DNA of 64,000 nucleotides from Marsupella aquatica (taxonomy: Eukaryota > Plantae > Marchantiophyta), in contig OZ316899.1 of the NCBI GenBank assembly GCA_973895155.1, positions 13,829,934 through 13,893,933 of the forward strand. Direction: 5' to 3'. Position numbers and translations under genes: made by a program. How positions within the stretch are numbered: position 1 is the first letter of the stretch; each line of letters begins with the position of its first letter. This document shows, in pieces, positions 27,494 through 40,729 of this stretch. The notes under the pieces are model-generated. The model did no database searches, was not told where the DNA came from, and worked only from the letters and a program-made list of their open reading frames with translations.

Positions 27494-29646
27494 TGTGAAG
27501 GCCGGTAAACACCAATTTATGCCCTTAACACCAGACTATCGTAGCAAGACTCTATCACACATCACCTAAGCTCAATCCCAAGGAACCATGGTTGGGGATC
27601 AGATCTGTGCTCATGATAGTTCTGGTGAGAAGGGGTCTTCATATCGGGCCCGTACACACAGGGCCTAGCGCTATGGTGCGCATAGGTCTATACGTATGCT
27701 TACTATCATAGGTATGTTTCTATTCCGCCGCCGGAATGTACCCATAAACCAGTGACTCCTGACTGATTCCCGGCTTAGGGACTTCTAAGCCATTGCCCCA
27801 CCACTCTGCCATTCCACTCTCAGCAATCAGAGCTATGACAGTCCTCACCCAACCCCCTTCAATGCACCCTGTACACCTCTCAGTGGCGCTGCTAGTCCCA
27901 TCATACACTCAGATTGCCTCACACACACACACATCCATGAGAGAAATGAGGCCTGAGAGGAAAACTCAATTAGATTCAAAGATGTGCACAATAGTTCACT
28001 GAGAACACTTGATCCGAACACTAGGCCCGAAGGCTATCTCCTCCAAATTGCGACGTGCTTGCCATGCAAGCTCAATCCTGAACCTGAGCCCGGCTCACTC
28101 CAGATTGCGACGGCAGATTGGACTTGAACCAATCCCGTACTTGCCTTGCAAACTCAATCCTGAACTCAACCTCCTTCACTGCACTTCATTCTTGCGGGCA
28201 CATACAGATCTCACACCTCCAATTCAGAACGTCAAGTTACGCATGCACAGTTGACTCGACTTCAAAGCTGGTACCAGGCCTAACGACGATCTATCCCAGA
28301 CTGCAATGAGGCCCGGCCTCATGCTTGCCTTGCAAGCTCAGCTCTGGCCATAAATCCCTTAGTGCTCTCTACCAGACAAAGGCCGGGACTCCCCATGGAT
28401 CACGTACCTTGCCAAACTGAACTGTAAATGCTCCTCCTGCTGCCCCTCAATCAGTATCTCAGCCTCCCTAATGTGCTCACCGAAAATCACATTGAAATCC
28501 TCCCCATAGTTTACAATCACCAACACATCACCTATCACCAAGGCTCTGTATCGGGGGAAAAGAACCCAGTTGTGGTGCCTACTAGAAAGAGCCACAATCT
28601 AGCTTGCAAACCTGGCCAACTGTTGTTGTGAAGCGTGGCTGATTACTCCCTGAGTAATAGCACAACCAAGCTCTCCCCAACACACAGCTTCCAAGCCCAA
28701 CCTTCCTTGCATAGAGCTCCTCCCTACTGCTCAGTCTACGTGAGATCACACAACTGAAGTTCCCCCCCCTCTGCCTCTACCGGGGGGCTGCTCTATATAC
28801 TCTCATACTGAGCCCAAATGGGTGGATACTACGCTATTGGAGCCCCATCCCAGCCCTAACAGAGCCGCCACTATCTCTAACTACTGAACCCTAACTCGCA
28901 ACTTTATTTCTATCTTGAATTGGCTATGTACTTCGGATTTGGCCCTCCTCCATGGTTTTTGCGAGCTTGCGTCTCCTCTCCCGATTTCTCCATTCAACCA
29001 TTTGCTGCGTGGATAGCAGCGTTGGAAGCGGCTTGAGCTCCTCTTTCCAACGAGGTCAATTAGAGCCAATTTGGCCAAATACACAGAGAGTTATGCCCCC
29101 GCAACCGAGAGGGGGTACTCACTGCAGCGCTAACCCGAGTTACATAGCTAACCCGAGTTCGGCTAACCTAGCTATCCTATCTAACCCGAGTAGAGCTAAC
29201 CCATGGTCTCGGGTTAGGCCGCTACCCGCTATCCGCTATCCGCTAACCTAGGCTAAGCTGAGCCCGAACCCGAGCTTACCTATGCTAACCTGAGCCCGAG
29301 TTTAGGCTAACCTGAGTTCAGTGTAACCCGGGATCAATCTAATCCGAACCCGGGTTAAGCCTAAGCTGAAGCTGTGCTGACCTGAGCTAAGCTGAAGCCG
29401 TGCTTACCTGAGCTAAGCTGAAGCCGTGCTGACCTGAGCTAAGCTGAAGCCGTGCTTACCTGAGCTAAGCTGAAGCCGTGCTGACCTGAGCTAAGCTGAA
29501 GCCGTGCTTACCTGAGCTAAGCTGAAGTCGTGCTTACCTGAGCTAAGCTGAAGCCGTGCTCACATAAGCTAAGCCGTGGTCAAGCTTGGGTTAACCCGAA
29601 ACTGAAGCCGAATCCGCTAATTCCGGCCACAAGTTAACCCGTCACA
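27494..29646 (-). mobile_element. Probable LTR (~2.15 kb)
   Basis: TGTGA...TCACA inverted termini. On the minus strand a TATA box is followed by CCCCCCGGTAGAGGCAGAGGGGGG, shared with the LTR at 46212. No TSD found. Confidence 0.55.
29361..29563. repeat. 26-bp tandem repeat, about 8 copies, inside the LTR
   Basis: CTAAGCTGAAGCCGTGCT(G/T)ACCTGAG repeated head-to-tail with no spacers. Confidence 0.95.
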
Positions 29647-32600
29647 CTAATCAGGCCGTATCTTCCTTAATACACCTTCGTTTCCCAAGTGTTTTATATC
29701 GATTTTACTCGCCTTGACCAGATCTTTCCAATGCTCTTTACAGATCCGGATTTGGTGACATATTGAAAGAGATATGGTCACCGACCACCCGCGACATAGC
29801 TTTTATTTCCCTACTCTTAACGCCATGATTGCCCTTATTCTTGCCATCTTGCTAATTGTTATGCAATATCAATAGCTACTCCTTGCATACAGCAGCCTAC
29901 TTAACCAGATCATAGAATAAGGACCATGTCATCGGCGTCACAATATGTTTGGTACAAAGCTTGGGATATTCCAAGTACAGGTGTTAACTAAGGGAGGAGG
30001 CTGCCACTATAGCCAAGATACTAGCAGAAGCGCTGGAAGACGCGATCAACGTAAGCAAAGAAAGTCCAACTGGTGAGCATTCTATTCCCGGAAGGGCTTG
30101 TTCGATCAGTCCAGCGGGTGGGCGTTCTGACGACGATCAATTGAAGCGAATGAGGCAATGGGGCTGGAGACCCTGCACATCATTCCGTCGGGTGCAAGAA
30201 TTAACAACAAACATGCCATTCGACCAGAAAACCTTGACCGGATTATGTACGTAATACCCCTTACAATCCAAAATATCGAGTACCCAAAGGCAAGTAGCGG
30301 ACTCACACAATTTCCGTGTATTATTGGAATTAGAGATAGAACACCCTGCCAACCCTCAATTATACCTAACCATTCTAGTACATGGAGAGCATTGGTAACC
30401 GGATCGACGTTCTGAGGAGGCACAATCATTCAGGAGTGCAATATAATAGCCCCGGACTCCATACTTAGGAAAATAATTTGGTCTAGTGGTACCCCTTGTG
30501 TTGGAAAGTTGAATTGGGGAAATGAAAAGTCTATGGGAAGTACGTATGCTGCCCCAAATGATCAACCTTTTTTAAATTATTTAAGCAGCAGAGTGGAACG
30601 CAACTAACGACATTGCGGCACGACATGTACGTGGTCTTCAGTCCTTTCATTTTTACACCACCCACATATATCGCAGTATCTTGTAGTGGGTGGATGAGTT
30701 TTGTACATCTACCAGTCCTCCCCCATGCTAATTAGTCATGAAGCTTGGGAGTATTTTGACAAATTCAAAAGGGATCGATCCTGTCGCTGGCTATAGCCTA
30801 CCATGGATTGGAGAGCTCACGCAAACTGACGAGTTCCCCTTCAATCCGAAGGACGTAGAAAATTACATGTGGGAAGAAGATCGAGAGCTTTTTTTGAGGT
30901 CGTGACTTCTTTTTACCAACAATGTAGTTAGATGGTTAGAAGCTAGTGTATAGAATTTTAGAGTGCTGGGAAGTGATTTTGGCCCAGCTCGCTAGCCTTG
31001 CTGTATGTGGACCGTACAGTCACCTCCCCGTGATTTCATTAATGTGTTCCAAGTTCTGTCTGGTGATAAGTACATGGCATATATATGACAATCGAGAAAG
31101 GCATACCAACGGTTGGGGTATTAATCGATATGGCACCACAATCCTGGGATTAGAGTATATTGGTGTTACTTAGTATAATGCCAAAGGACCCTCGATCGTC
31201 ACATGAAATGCTACTGTTATTTACGCGAGCACATTGGTACAAATAGTGGACAGATGAGGAATGGCCGTCGAAGCAGATGTAGGCATGGATGGGGAGAGAT
31301 GAATTATGGCCCGGTTAATTTCAGTCGGGCTGGACCATCTGCCGCCAGGCTTTACAATTTGCTAATCTTGGCAGAAGTTTCCAAAGAGAATCCGATGCTC
31401 AGATGCGAAAGTGAGCCAGCATTAACCAAGTCGCGGCTCTAGGGTCTGCCCCCCCAACCGCGACACCATTCATGATGAAATTCAGATCAAACGAGAATGA
31501 GAAGCGGGGACTTTTTGAGGAATATTGGGAAGGAAATTTCTCGGTGCTGGAGAAACCCCGGGTGAAATTAAACAAATGAGAGACGCCTTCTTGAGCAAAA
31601 TGCATGGAGATGTCGCAAGTGGGCGCGCGCAGCTGCATGCATTCAGAATTAACGCGAGGAACATAAAGTTGGCTTTAATGCAGCTTTTGCAGCGCAATTT
31701 GGTTGCCCATTGATTGAGGCAAGCGAGCGTACAATAGTAGAGACAACTGACCACACTTAAAAAAAGTTTATTAAAATGCTTGGAGAGGTACGGAGTAGGT
31801 ACATTTGTCAAAGTCGGGATTACCAGTAAATTCATCGTAATGGGTTAGATATTTTTTCCCTCTGTCATAATCGATCCTTACTTGTTGAATAGCTAACGAG
31901 GATCGTGCTCGGAGACATCCTGTTCGGACAATATAGTCAGTGACAATGACACTAGCTAGGACAAGAATGCCAACGAGTATGCATGCATAGATTGGGAAGC
32001 TGTTCGTCCCGAGATTCCGATATTTTATATTTTCCACCGATATATTGTTGGTAACCCTTTGCGATTCCGGAGAGCCTAACGACTGGGTTGTCTGTGTGAG
32101 ATTTGGGAGCTCACTGACTGTCTGCATTTTGTCATAAAAAGGCTTATAGCGTAACCTGGGCGCAGAAGGTGTGCCCTCAAAAAAGGCAAGTTAAAGTATC
32201 ATAGAGTAGTAGAATCGCGTCCTCATAGCCAAACACAACATTCATGCATGAAGGGAGAAATCTAGTTTGGACAAAGTGTCCAGGCAACCTTGTGTTGGTT
32301 GCTCCCTGTGCTCCACCTTTAAGTTCCCCCCCTCCCCCCTCCATCCCTAATAGAATTGAAGGATTAAAGGAGACTCTGAATTAATGTCTTGGATGTACAT
32401 TCATTGAAGATGAAGCCGAGGAAGTTCATTCATGCGCACGAGGGACATCGACAAGTACCAAAACATCCCCAAGAGGTAGTACGTAGAATCTTGGAGTACA
32501 CATGGAATGCAGGTAACGTGCATGTTTATCATAATAAAACTCATAGATTGGTCAATTCCCGCAGGTACTTGAACCATGTATAGGGAACCAATAATAGCAG

Positions 32601-33019
32601 CCAGACAAGCAGATTCCCCTCAATTGCTCGGTATCATATCACACCAATGATATGCAATTATTAGATGTTGCCATTGCGACTGTAAGTTTTCGGTAAGTCG
32701 GGAGCAACTTAACAGGACCGATTAAAATCATTTAGGGTTTTAGAGTATAGGACCCTAAATCCTGATTGAACCCGAGATTGAACCCTAAAGCAAACCAATA
32801 ATAAAACGTACCATTCATAGCGTAGGCCACCAAAGGGCTCGGGCACCAAATTACCCGAACATGACGGCAACTGGAAGCTCATGCAAGATGAAGAGCAGTA
32901 TGTAGTGTAATGACATGTGATGGATGCTCCAGATGGATTTGTCGTTGTTGAACAACCGTTTGTTAGTAATTAATAGTTTAGAGTGTGAACCATCCTTGTG
33001 CAGAATTCAAATTAGCAAC

Positions 33020-33210
33020 TTTGAATCGAGGAAAATGTATGTGTAATATATGTAGTCCAACCTGCCATAGTCCATGCCCTGATTGATTTGAATCCAGGAA
33101 CATATACGTGTAATGTAGTGTAGCCATAGTCCATGGCTGCCCTGATTGAATTGAATCCAGGAACATATATGTGTAATATAGTCCGGCCATAGTCCATGCC
33201 CTGATTGATA
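33020..33210. repeat. About 3 copies of a ~62-66 bp tandem repeat
   Basis: GCCATAGTCCATG..CCCTGATTGA..TGAATCCAGGAACATAT..GTGTAAT recurs. Confidence 0.8.
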
Positions 33211-34399
33211 ACACAAATATAGCAATCGCTCACCCACGTACATTGTTCTCTCTGCGATGATAAGGGGCAAGCCTGTTAATGAGTCGACCAACCCTTATCA
33301 GCAAGAGACTATGGAAATTGGTCGCCGCCAAACTCCAACCTGTTATGAAGGTCACGAGTTGGATTTAAATCACGCCGGTGGTGTGCTGTGCATGGATAGC
33401 ATTCCAATCTAATAAAAAAGCATTGCCCTTAAACGGTAAACAAGAAACCAAATCGGTGACGACATAAATCATTGCTAGATGAAAACAATCGAATATATAT
33501 ATGCGTCAATGAAGAAGATTGAGGTGAGCTGTAGGGTGTTGCGGACATAATAATTAATATAGAAATATATATGTATTGCAAAGAAAAAACATGCTTAGGA
33601 GCAACATGGACAAATGTTGGCCAGTTCACCTCGACAAAAGATCCCTTGCATTGCCGGGTTTAGGTAGGGGTACGTGTTCATAAAACTGTTTAACGCACAT
33701 CGTTATTTTCTCCGATGGAATGAAAATACCAGTCACATTTCCGAACACACATGGCAACACTGCCAATTGAACTAATTAACCTGCTAGAACGCCTACAGTT
33801 TGATGATTGAATATTGGAGGCTACAGTAACCAGTGCAAGCAAGTCGACAACACTAAAGAAGCTATGGTTGTCATCCGTTCCTTTTAGGGTTTAGGGGCGA
33901 TGCTCGCCACGTAAAGAATGATACTGATAGCCACGTACGCTCAGAAAAATACCATCAGCAGCCTCGATCTGAGGATGATTACCCTCCTCAAAACTACTAC
34001 AACAATCTCTGCAATCCAAGTCCACAGAAGTCGTCTGTAAGTGGCCATTGGGAAATGGAATGCGATCTCAAGAAGCTACCTAGGTACCCGGATCCTCCAA
34101 ATAGACTATATGAACTTTGTCAACCTCTGTCGGAGCAGCTGTCAAAATGGCACTCAGACATGCCGTCTGGAGAAAGGCCAGGAAGATGTGATTGAATGTG
34201 TCGTGCATGGAGTCAAGGGGTTCGTAATTGGGAATTGTTTTATGTCCCTGTTGTTTAGTCGCACAAGGATTTGAGCAAAAATAATGCATTCCGGAAATGC
34301 ATCGAGTACAATGAAACCTCACAACCTCGAATGATCAGCTAAGTGGAGCAATGTGCGGGATCAATCTTCTTCTTCTACAGTCTCAGTCAGTTGTACCTT

Positions 34400-35585
34400 C
34401 AGCAGGCGGGTCTAACGGTATCCCAAAATGGGCTCCAAATGCTGAGCAAAAACCGGCCTTGTCGACTTCATTTTGTGCAACCTACGCCATTGTGCTCGCC
34501 TCTGCCTTCTCCAGGCATTGCGCCAACGGAGACGCCTCTCATTCATTTCCCCTGGTGTTTCTCCGGCCACTATATCTTCTTGGCGATACTCCTCCCCTGG
34601 ATTCCTCTTCGTACTCCGTCTCCTCATCAACGTGGGTGGGAGCAAACACCAAGAGGTACGCCTTGGTTGGTGCCACCGCACTAACCCACCTTATTATTGG
34701 GTTCTCATTCTTGAAGAACTTCGTTGAGATTAGTATCCTCTTCATCTTCTTCAGCTATATCATTGGATCCGTCGTCATCTATGTTTGACATTTATGTCAT
34801 TGTTGTGGTGGTTTGCTGCTTTGACGTCCCTTGGTTGCGCGAGCTGAAACGGGAGTTTCCTCGTCCGATTCGTTAATTTGCTGGCGTGTCGCCCGCCCTG
34901 GCCCCGCAGGTAGGATCTTTTAATCCTAAGCTATTGTGCAGGATTACACTTACTTTGTATGCCACTAAAGAAGGGAACCTCGGGCATCCCTTGGCATGGA
35001 TGGTCTCGGATAGGCAACCCTTCCATACCTGGACGTGGTGGTAGACTCCCTCCGGCACTGCCTTGGGCAATGCGAGTTGTGTGGGGCTAGTGTGATGAAA
35101 AATCAACACCCATTTGGTGAAGAACTTGACATAGTTCGGTGCTCCTTGCTGTTTACATAGCCATATTGAATCTTGCTCCGATTTATCGGAACCTCCGCCC
35201 GTTGTATAAATGCGGCGGTTTCTCTTGTATCCAGTGCTTCTACCTTATACGCAAGTGGCAGCCTCCCTACAACTGGTAATCCAAACATATCGCACAACCG
35301 TGCTTGGAAGATGTTGTAGGTCTTTCCTCCGTAAGATATGAATAACGACTCAGGTGATATCGTCACCTTAGAAACCTTGGAACACACGCCGCTAGCCATC
35401 CCGATTGATAGGCAACAATCCATTCGGATCAGGCCGTAGACTTTGGTCACGTCAAGGAGTCGCCGACTCTCCTCAATCTGCTGAACCTCGGCATTGGAGT
35501 TGCGTAGGTTCTCCTCTGCGGTTAGGACCCCCTTCTTGTTCCTGGCCGGCGGGACCTCGGCTCGCAGCGGGCTTGATGATGCCAT
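34400..35585 (-). pseudogene. Decayed retrotransposon accessory ORF (plant transposon protein / PMD-like), copy 1
   Basis: ...ISYGGKTYNIFQARLCDMFGLP... followed by an acidic, coiled-coil-like tail. Architecture parallels 37000-38600. Confidence 0.35.
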
Positions 35586-36999
35586 GACTCCAAATGGATT
35601 GTTGCTTTTGAATGGTTCAGTTATCGTGAAGCGTTCTGTCCGTTGTTGTGATTTCGAGAGCTGTTTGGAGTGAGGAAGTTTGGAAACTCTAAAGTGGCGC
35701 GATGAGCCCCTAGGCTCGAGAAACTATCGGTCGGAGTAAGCATGAAAACTAAGTGAATGGATGTGCATTTGTTTGGATGGAGGACCGTGAAATGAAAGGT
35801 CCAACATACCCGCTCGAGCGCACTTTGATGTTTTGTGGAATACCTAAGGGGGAGGGGACCGGATTTCACCAAATCCATATTTAAGTGCTCCTAGCATTGC
35901 CTGGTACTGCCGCTACCGCGTGTACGTATCCACAGGAGACATTCGTGGAAATTGTTCATATTCAGGGTTGAGGGTGCATCATGCTTTGGGCCATTGCATA
36001 TTCAATTTTCTCTGTCTTGTCATAACAAATGAAGGAGTAGTACCATCCTCCTTAAACAAAGGCACGGTGTACACCAGATACTCATGTATCAATTCAGAAT
36101 TCCAAAATTTGGAACCCAATTTGGGGAGATGCGTGACCCTTAAAAAATATGATCTTCAACAAAATAGGGGAAGTTCAGGGTTATTAGAGGGGAAGTGCCG
36201 TCATCACAAAAACAAGGAGTATCATCCTTCTGTACTTAACAGTTGTGGCCTTCAAAACGTAAGTTTTCAGAATCATCCGGAACCCTATGGACAATATAAC
36301 TTATGGGCGCTTTGTAGAGCACACATTCTCGGGCTGAAAAACATTCGATTCTGCAATCAACCCTGAACTATCATAAAAAGGCAGGGCCAGCCTGTGAACC
36401 ACACATTGTGGCACCAGCTTGGGGAAACACGTATCTATGACGAGGCATCATCTTGAGGCCAGTGGCTTGATGCCACTAACATGACGACGGGTTTTAGGGT
36501 CCCCCATGATGACTTTGTCCATGAACTGCTAAAAGGCAGCCTCAGGGCCAGCCAAAAACATGGATGGAAGGCCACCAGCTCCTGAACAGTGGAAACCCAC
36601 TAGAGAGACGTTGCAAGCTTGTCTGGTAACACCCGCCCCCGGGCTATGTTGGATTTAGGGTTTAAAGTTGAGTGTAGAACGTCTATAGCTGGCTTTGCCC
36701 CGTTTCCACGATCCACACTCGCCTGCGTGCCCAACAGCCTCGGCAATTCCATCATCTTACACCTCCACGCATTCCTAAAATTATGCAATCCACAGTTTGA
36801 GTGGCTCGCCCATGCCTGTCTACAAGACAACACATTGCAAAAGATGTGAATGAATAGTAATCATGAAACTGACCCTTCACGTTGTGCTGATCTGTGTGGC
36901 ATTACTCGATGTTCAGTGTCTTGGAATCGAAGCTAATACCAACTCCTGAATAAACAACTTGCTTTATATACAGGTACCCTAAACCCTAAACCCATTAGC

Positions 37000-38600
37000 T
37001 GCTTCAGCTAGTTTAGCTGATTTTGTGCTTGCGTTTTCAGAAGCTGATTCCGGTCGAGGAGATCTTCGCATTCCAACCCTAAAGCCTGACTCTCTGTAGT
37101 TCCTGACATCAACTTCTCATTAGCCTTTTGCAATTGACGTTGGAGTGCCTAGTTCTTCGATCGAAGACTTGCAACCTCTGTCTTTAATTTAGCTTGCATC
37201 TCCCCAAGTTTGGCTTCTGACTTGTTTTTGTCGGCCTCCAATTCTTTTGCGGCTAAGCCCAACTTGTGGATCGAGTTGTCCCTTTCCTTGGCCAGGTCTT
37301 GAACTGCTCTGGCCAACTTCAGTTCCAAATCAGACACTTGTTGGTGCTTGGTATGTCGTAATTTCACCAAATTTTTGTTGGCCTCAACGGTCTTTGCTTT
37401 CTCGGCTGCCAGTTCTGCTCTATACCGAGTTTTGAGTATGGTTGTCTCCTGCAATACCTTACTCAATTGAATACAAACCGACTCAAGCAATTTTTTAGCT
37501 TTGGACGCCTCCTCCTCCTTCCGTTGAACTTCCTGCACGAGCTTCCGCAACTCCTCCTGTAAAAGGGGTGCAGCCTTCTCAATTGTTTGGGCTCCCTTTG
37601 GTGATTCAACACCGGGTTGATATTCCATAGTCAGAACCATCTCGTGTCCAATCGAGATTATTGCGGGTGGTCCTACGGCCGGGTTATTTTCAGATTCATC
37701 TCCGCCGTTGTTGTCATTGTTTCAAACTCGTCTCCGATATTGTACTTCCAGCCGGTGAATCATCGGGAAAACAATTGCTCAACCTCATCATCCTCGGCGT
37801 TCTGCACAGGAACTCCCATGTCATCTCCTAGTTCTGTTTGGGACTTTGAGGTGTCAACCTCTGCTGCCTGCCTTAGCGCCAGCGGCAGTGGTTTCTTATT
37901 CCACATGATAAGTGTTGGGTCCCAGCCTTCTGCATCTTCTTGTCCCTTCCCTAGTCCGATTTGAGTGGGAATCTCCCCTGGTTGATGTAGTTGAGTTCGA
38001 GCATGTTTTATGATTAATGTCAAATGATACGCCAGCCGGGAAACACCCCCAACCGACATCATTCTATGATTGGTATTCAACGCCTCCAACAATCTCTTGA
38101 AAAGAAAACCACAGTAGTCCAACCCTATGCTGAGTTGATGTACCAATGCCACCTCATTCTTCCTGAACTCAGGCCGTCTCGGAGTAAACCACACCGTAAC
38201 ATCCAAGATGTCGCAAGTCTGAATATTGATGCATTGACAGCGCAAGAATCCGTTTATGTTGGGTGGTCCCTCAAAGTCCCTGCACTCGGTGTCCTTATCA
38301 TGAACCATCTTGCCAATTTTAACCGATTGTCCCAAGGCTAGCCCGAACACTTCGGATACCACCTTCTCTAAAAATTGGAATTCTCGACCAAATATATGCG
38401 TGAGCTTGCGCTCAGGATCCCAATTAGCTACAAAAGTCATCATCTCTCTGTGGGTTATATCTTGGGCAGTCCAGGGTAACCAGACAAAATTCTCCAACCC
38501 TGACCCGTGTAGGAATTTGGGATACCTGCCCGAAACTACGACTCGGAATACATCGTCGTCATCCCAAATAAATTTGAGTCAAAGTTCCTCTGCTACCGTG
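37000..38600 (-). pseudogene. Decayed retrotransposon accessory ORF (Transposase_32/PMD-like plus coiled coil), copy 2
   Basis: MMTFVANWDPERKLTHIFGREFQFLEKVVSEVFGL resembles the EFYAN...VRG..F...I..VLGL block of plant gypsy extra ORFs. ORF 37149-37640 is a heptad-rich coiled coil. Confidence 0.45.
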
Positions 38601-40729
38601 TAAACCCAACCCTTCCAATTCCAATCCTTTGGCGTCGATGTGGTGACTGCATCATCAATTCCTCCTAGTTCTTCCCCAGTCTCACTATTCCGACCTAGAC
38701 TCATTGGTGGCACTGTTGGTGTCCCGTTTTGTCACGGTCGTGCTGACTCCCGACCTGCTCCACTCTTCTTTATTTTTGCCGGTGGCACAGAGACTGCCTC
38801 TCCATGTTTCTTCCCGCATTCATTTGCTGCCAGCAGAGCTTGTTTCCCCTTGCTTCCTTGCCATGAGCCTTCACCTAGCACAGCCTTTGGCGTCCACTTC
38901 AACGTCCAGCCTGGTAGTACCCACCTGTCGTCTGGACACCTATCAATCGCTCGCCTTACCGACAACAATTGATCCTCCTCGAACCAAATGCGGTTGAGTT
39001 CATCAACCGATGGTGACCATAAAAGATCCACATAAATGCATTCCCTGCCGACAAATGCAACCTCAAGGAGCTCCCACAACTTTTGTATGAGTTGTCTCTC
39101 TTCATCCGCTCGCTCTGGCTGCTGCTCTTTGTATGTTGCTATGAGTAGACCCCCGTACTCGAGAACACAGCCCCAATAATGTCTTGCCTGATTCACCATC
39201 GTTATAGTGCAAATAAAGAATGACACCAAAGGATGGTTGAACCCTAAACCTGGGTAAGAGGGATTGTCTCTCTCTCGCTCCGCCTCGCCTTGCCTCGCTC
39301 CGCCTCGCCTCGCCCGCCGATAGCCCAAAAAGTGAAATGCGAATGAACAATGTTTCATATCCGTCGCCTGATGAAAGCATTGAACTACCTGAGTATGAGA
39401 GAGATGCCCCAAGCAGAATATGTGATTGAGTGTTTCTTGTTGAGTGACGCTTGTACTAATAATTAAGTACCCTAGTACTACACAGTGATGCGGCCACCAC
39501 ACCCTTCGAGCTCAGTGTTCGTTGTTCGAGCGACACTGGCACTGGTACTAATAACTACCCTACTTCTACACGGGGATGTGCCAACCCCACCCATTCGAGC
39601 TATATGGTAGGTAGAAGCATGAGCCTGAAGGTCGCATGCTCTAATTGATCAATTTACTTCAAGCGGCAAAGTTTTTGCTTCATTGGCACGCCGGGCTTTG
39701 GTGAGTATTTAGATCCAGGGTAGAACCAGTATATATAATAGGGATGGGCACCTTTTGTTTTCATTATCAACATAATATATATTTCAAGTCCCTATTAATA
39801 TCTCTTATGTGGCAAGCGGGTTAGGGTCGGGGTATAGTTCAGAGTTTAGGGTTTAGAACAAAACAATGTGTGAAAATTTTTTCTAAGCAGGTCAGCTTTT
39901 GTATAAGATTTGAGTTAGGTGTGTTTTTAATTAGTAGTTACAAAATTAAGTGTGACTATAACTAAGGTAATTAAGGCCAAGATTATATAAGATTTGGGTC
40001 AGGTGTGCTTTTTATTGACTTATATCACCAATGGGAGTGGCTGGATTTAGGTTAAGACCAAGAATTTGAGGTGTCTCAATGTTGACTTGGAATTTTCTGA
40101 TCCATGAGGGCATCCCCTTTGGCATACTTATTTGCTAATTGTTTACATGGTCATGATCGAAGAGAATTTTTCAGTGCTTCCTTAGTGGTCTCATAGTACT
40201 AAAGAGACAAAGTGCCAGGTGTGAAAAGTTTTGCTTTGTCCAGGGGTGAGGTCACCCCAATGTCACTCTCATATTACCCAATTTGGCCCAAAAGCATAGT
40301 GGACCACAAATACGTTTGCTACAGAGTGACTCAAGTGATGCAAGTAAGCAGTCAGTCCTCCGAGACAAAGGTATTCTTCTTCCATGATGGCACCACTCTT
40401 GTCAACTCAATTCCAAGTAACTCTTGGTTTTTCATCACTAACTGGAAAATGACATTGGACATGTTGCAAAGATGGGTTTTCATCCATAGAGTTTAGGGTT
40501 TTCTGGAAACAACTACAGTACACTCTAGTAGTCGTGTAATTTAGTTCAGCCTTTGTGACTGACCCGCTCGGTCACGGGCCTGGTATAATACTAGCCGGGA
40601 CTACTGTACTTGTCCTTTGAACGTGAATAGCGGCGAGGAGAAAACAAATGTAGACTAGAAGCTATTGTTCACGAGTACGGTCTAGAGTGAAGGCTCTAGA
40701 CCGTAACTCTAGGGTCGAAAACTTGTGGG

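Noticed and set aside
29361-29563. 26-bp repeat array as a CRISPR
   Set aside because: There are no spacers and no cas genes, and the context is a eukaryotic LTR.
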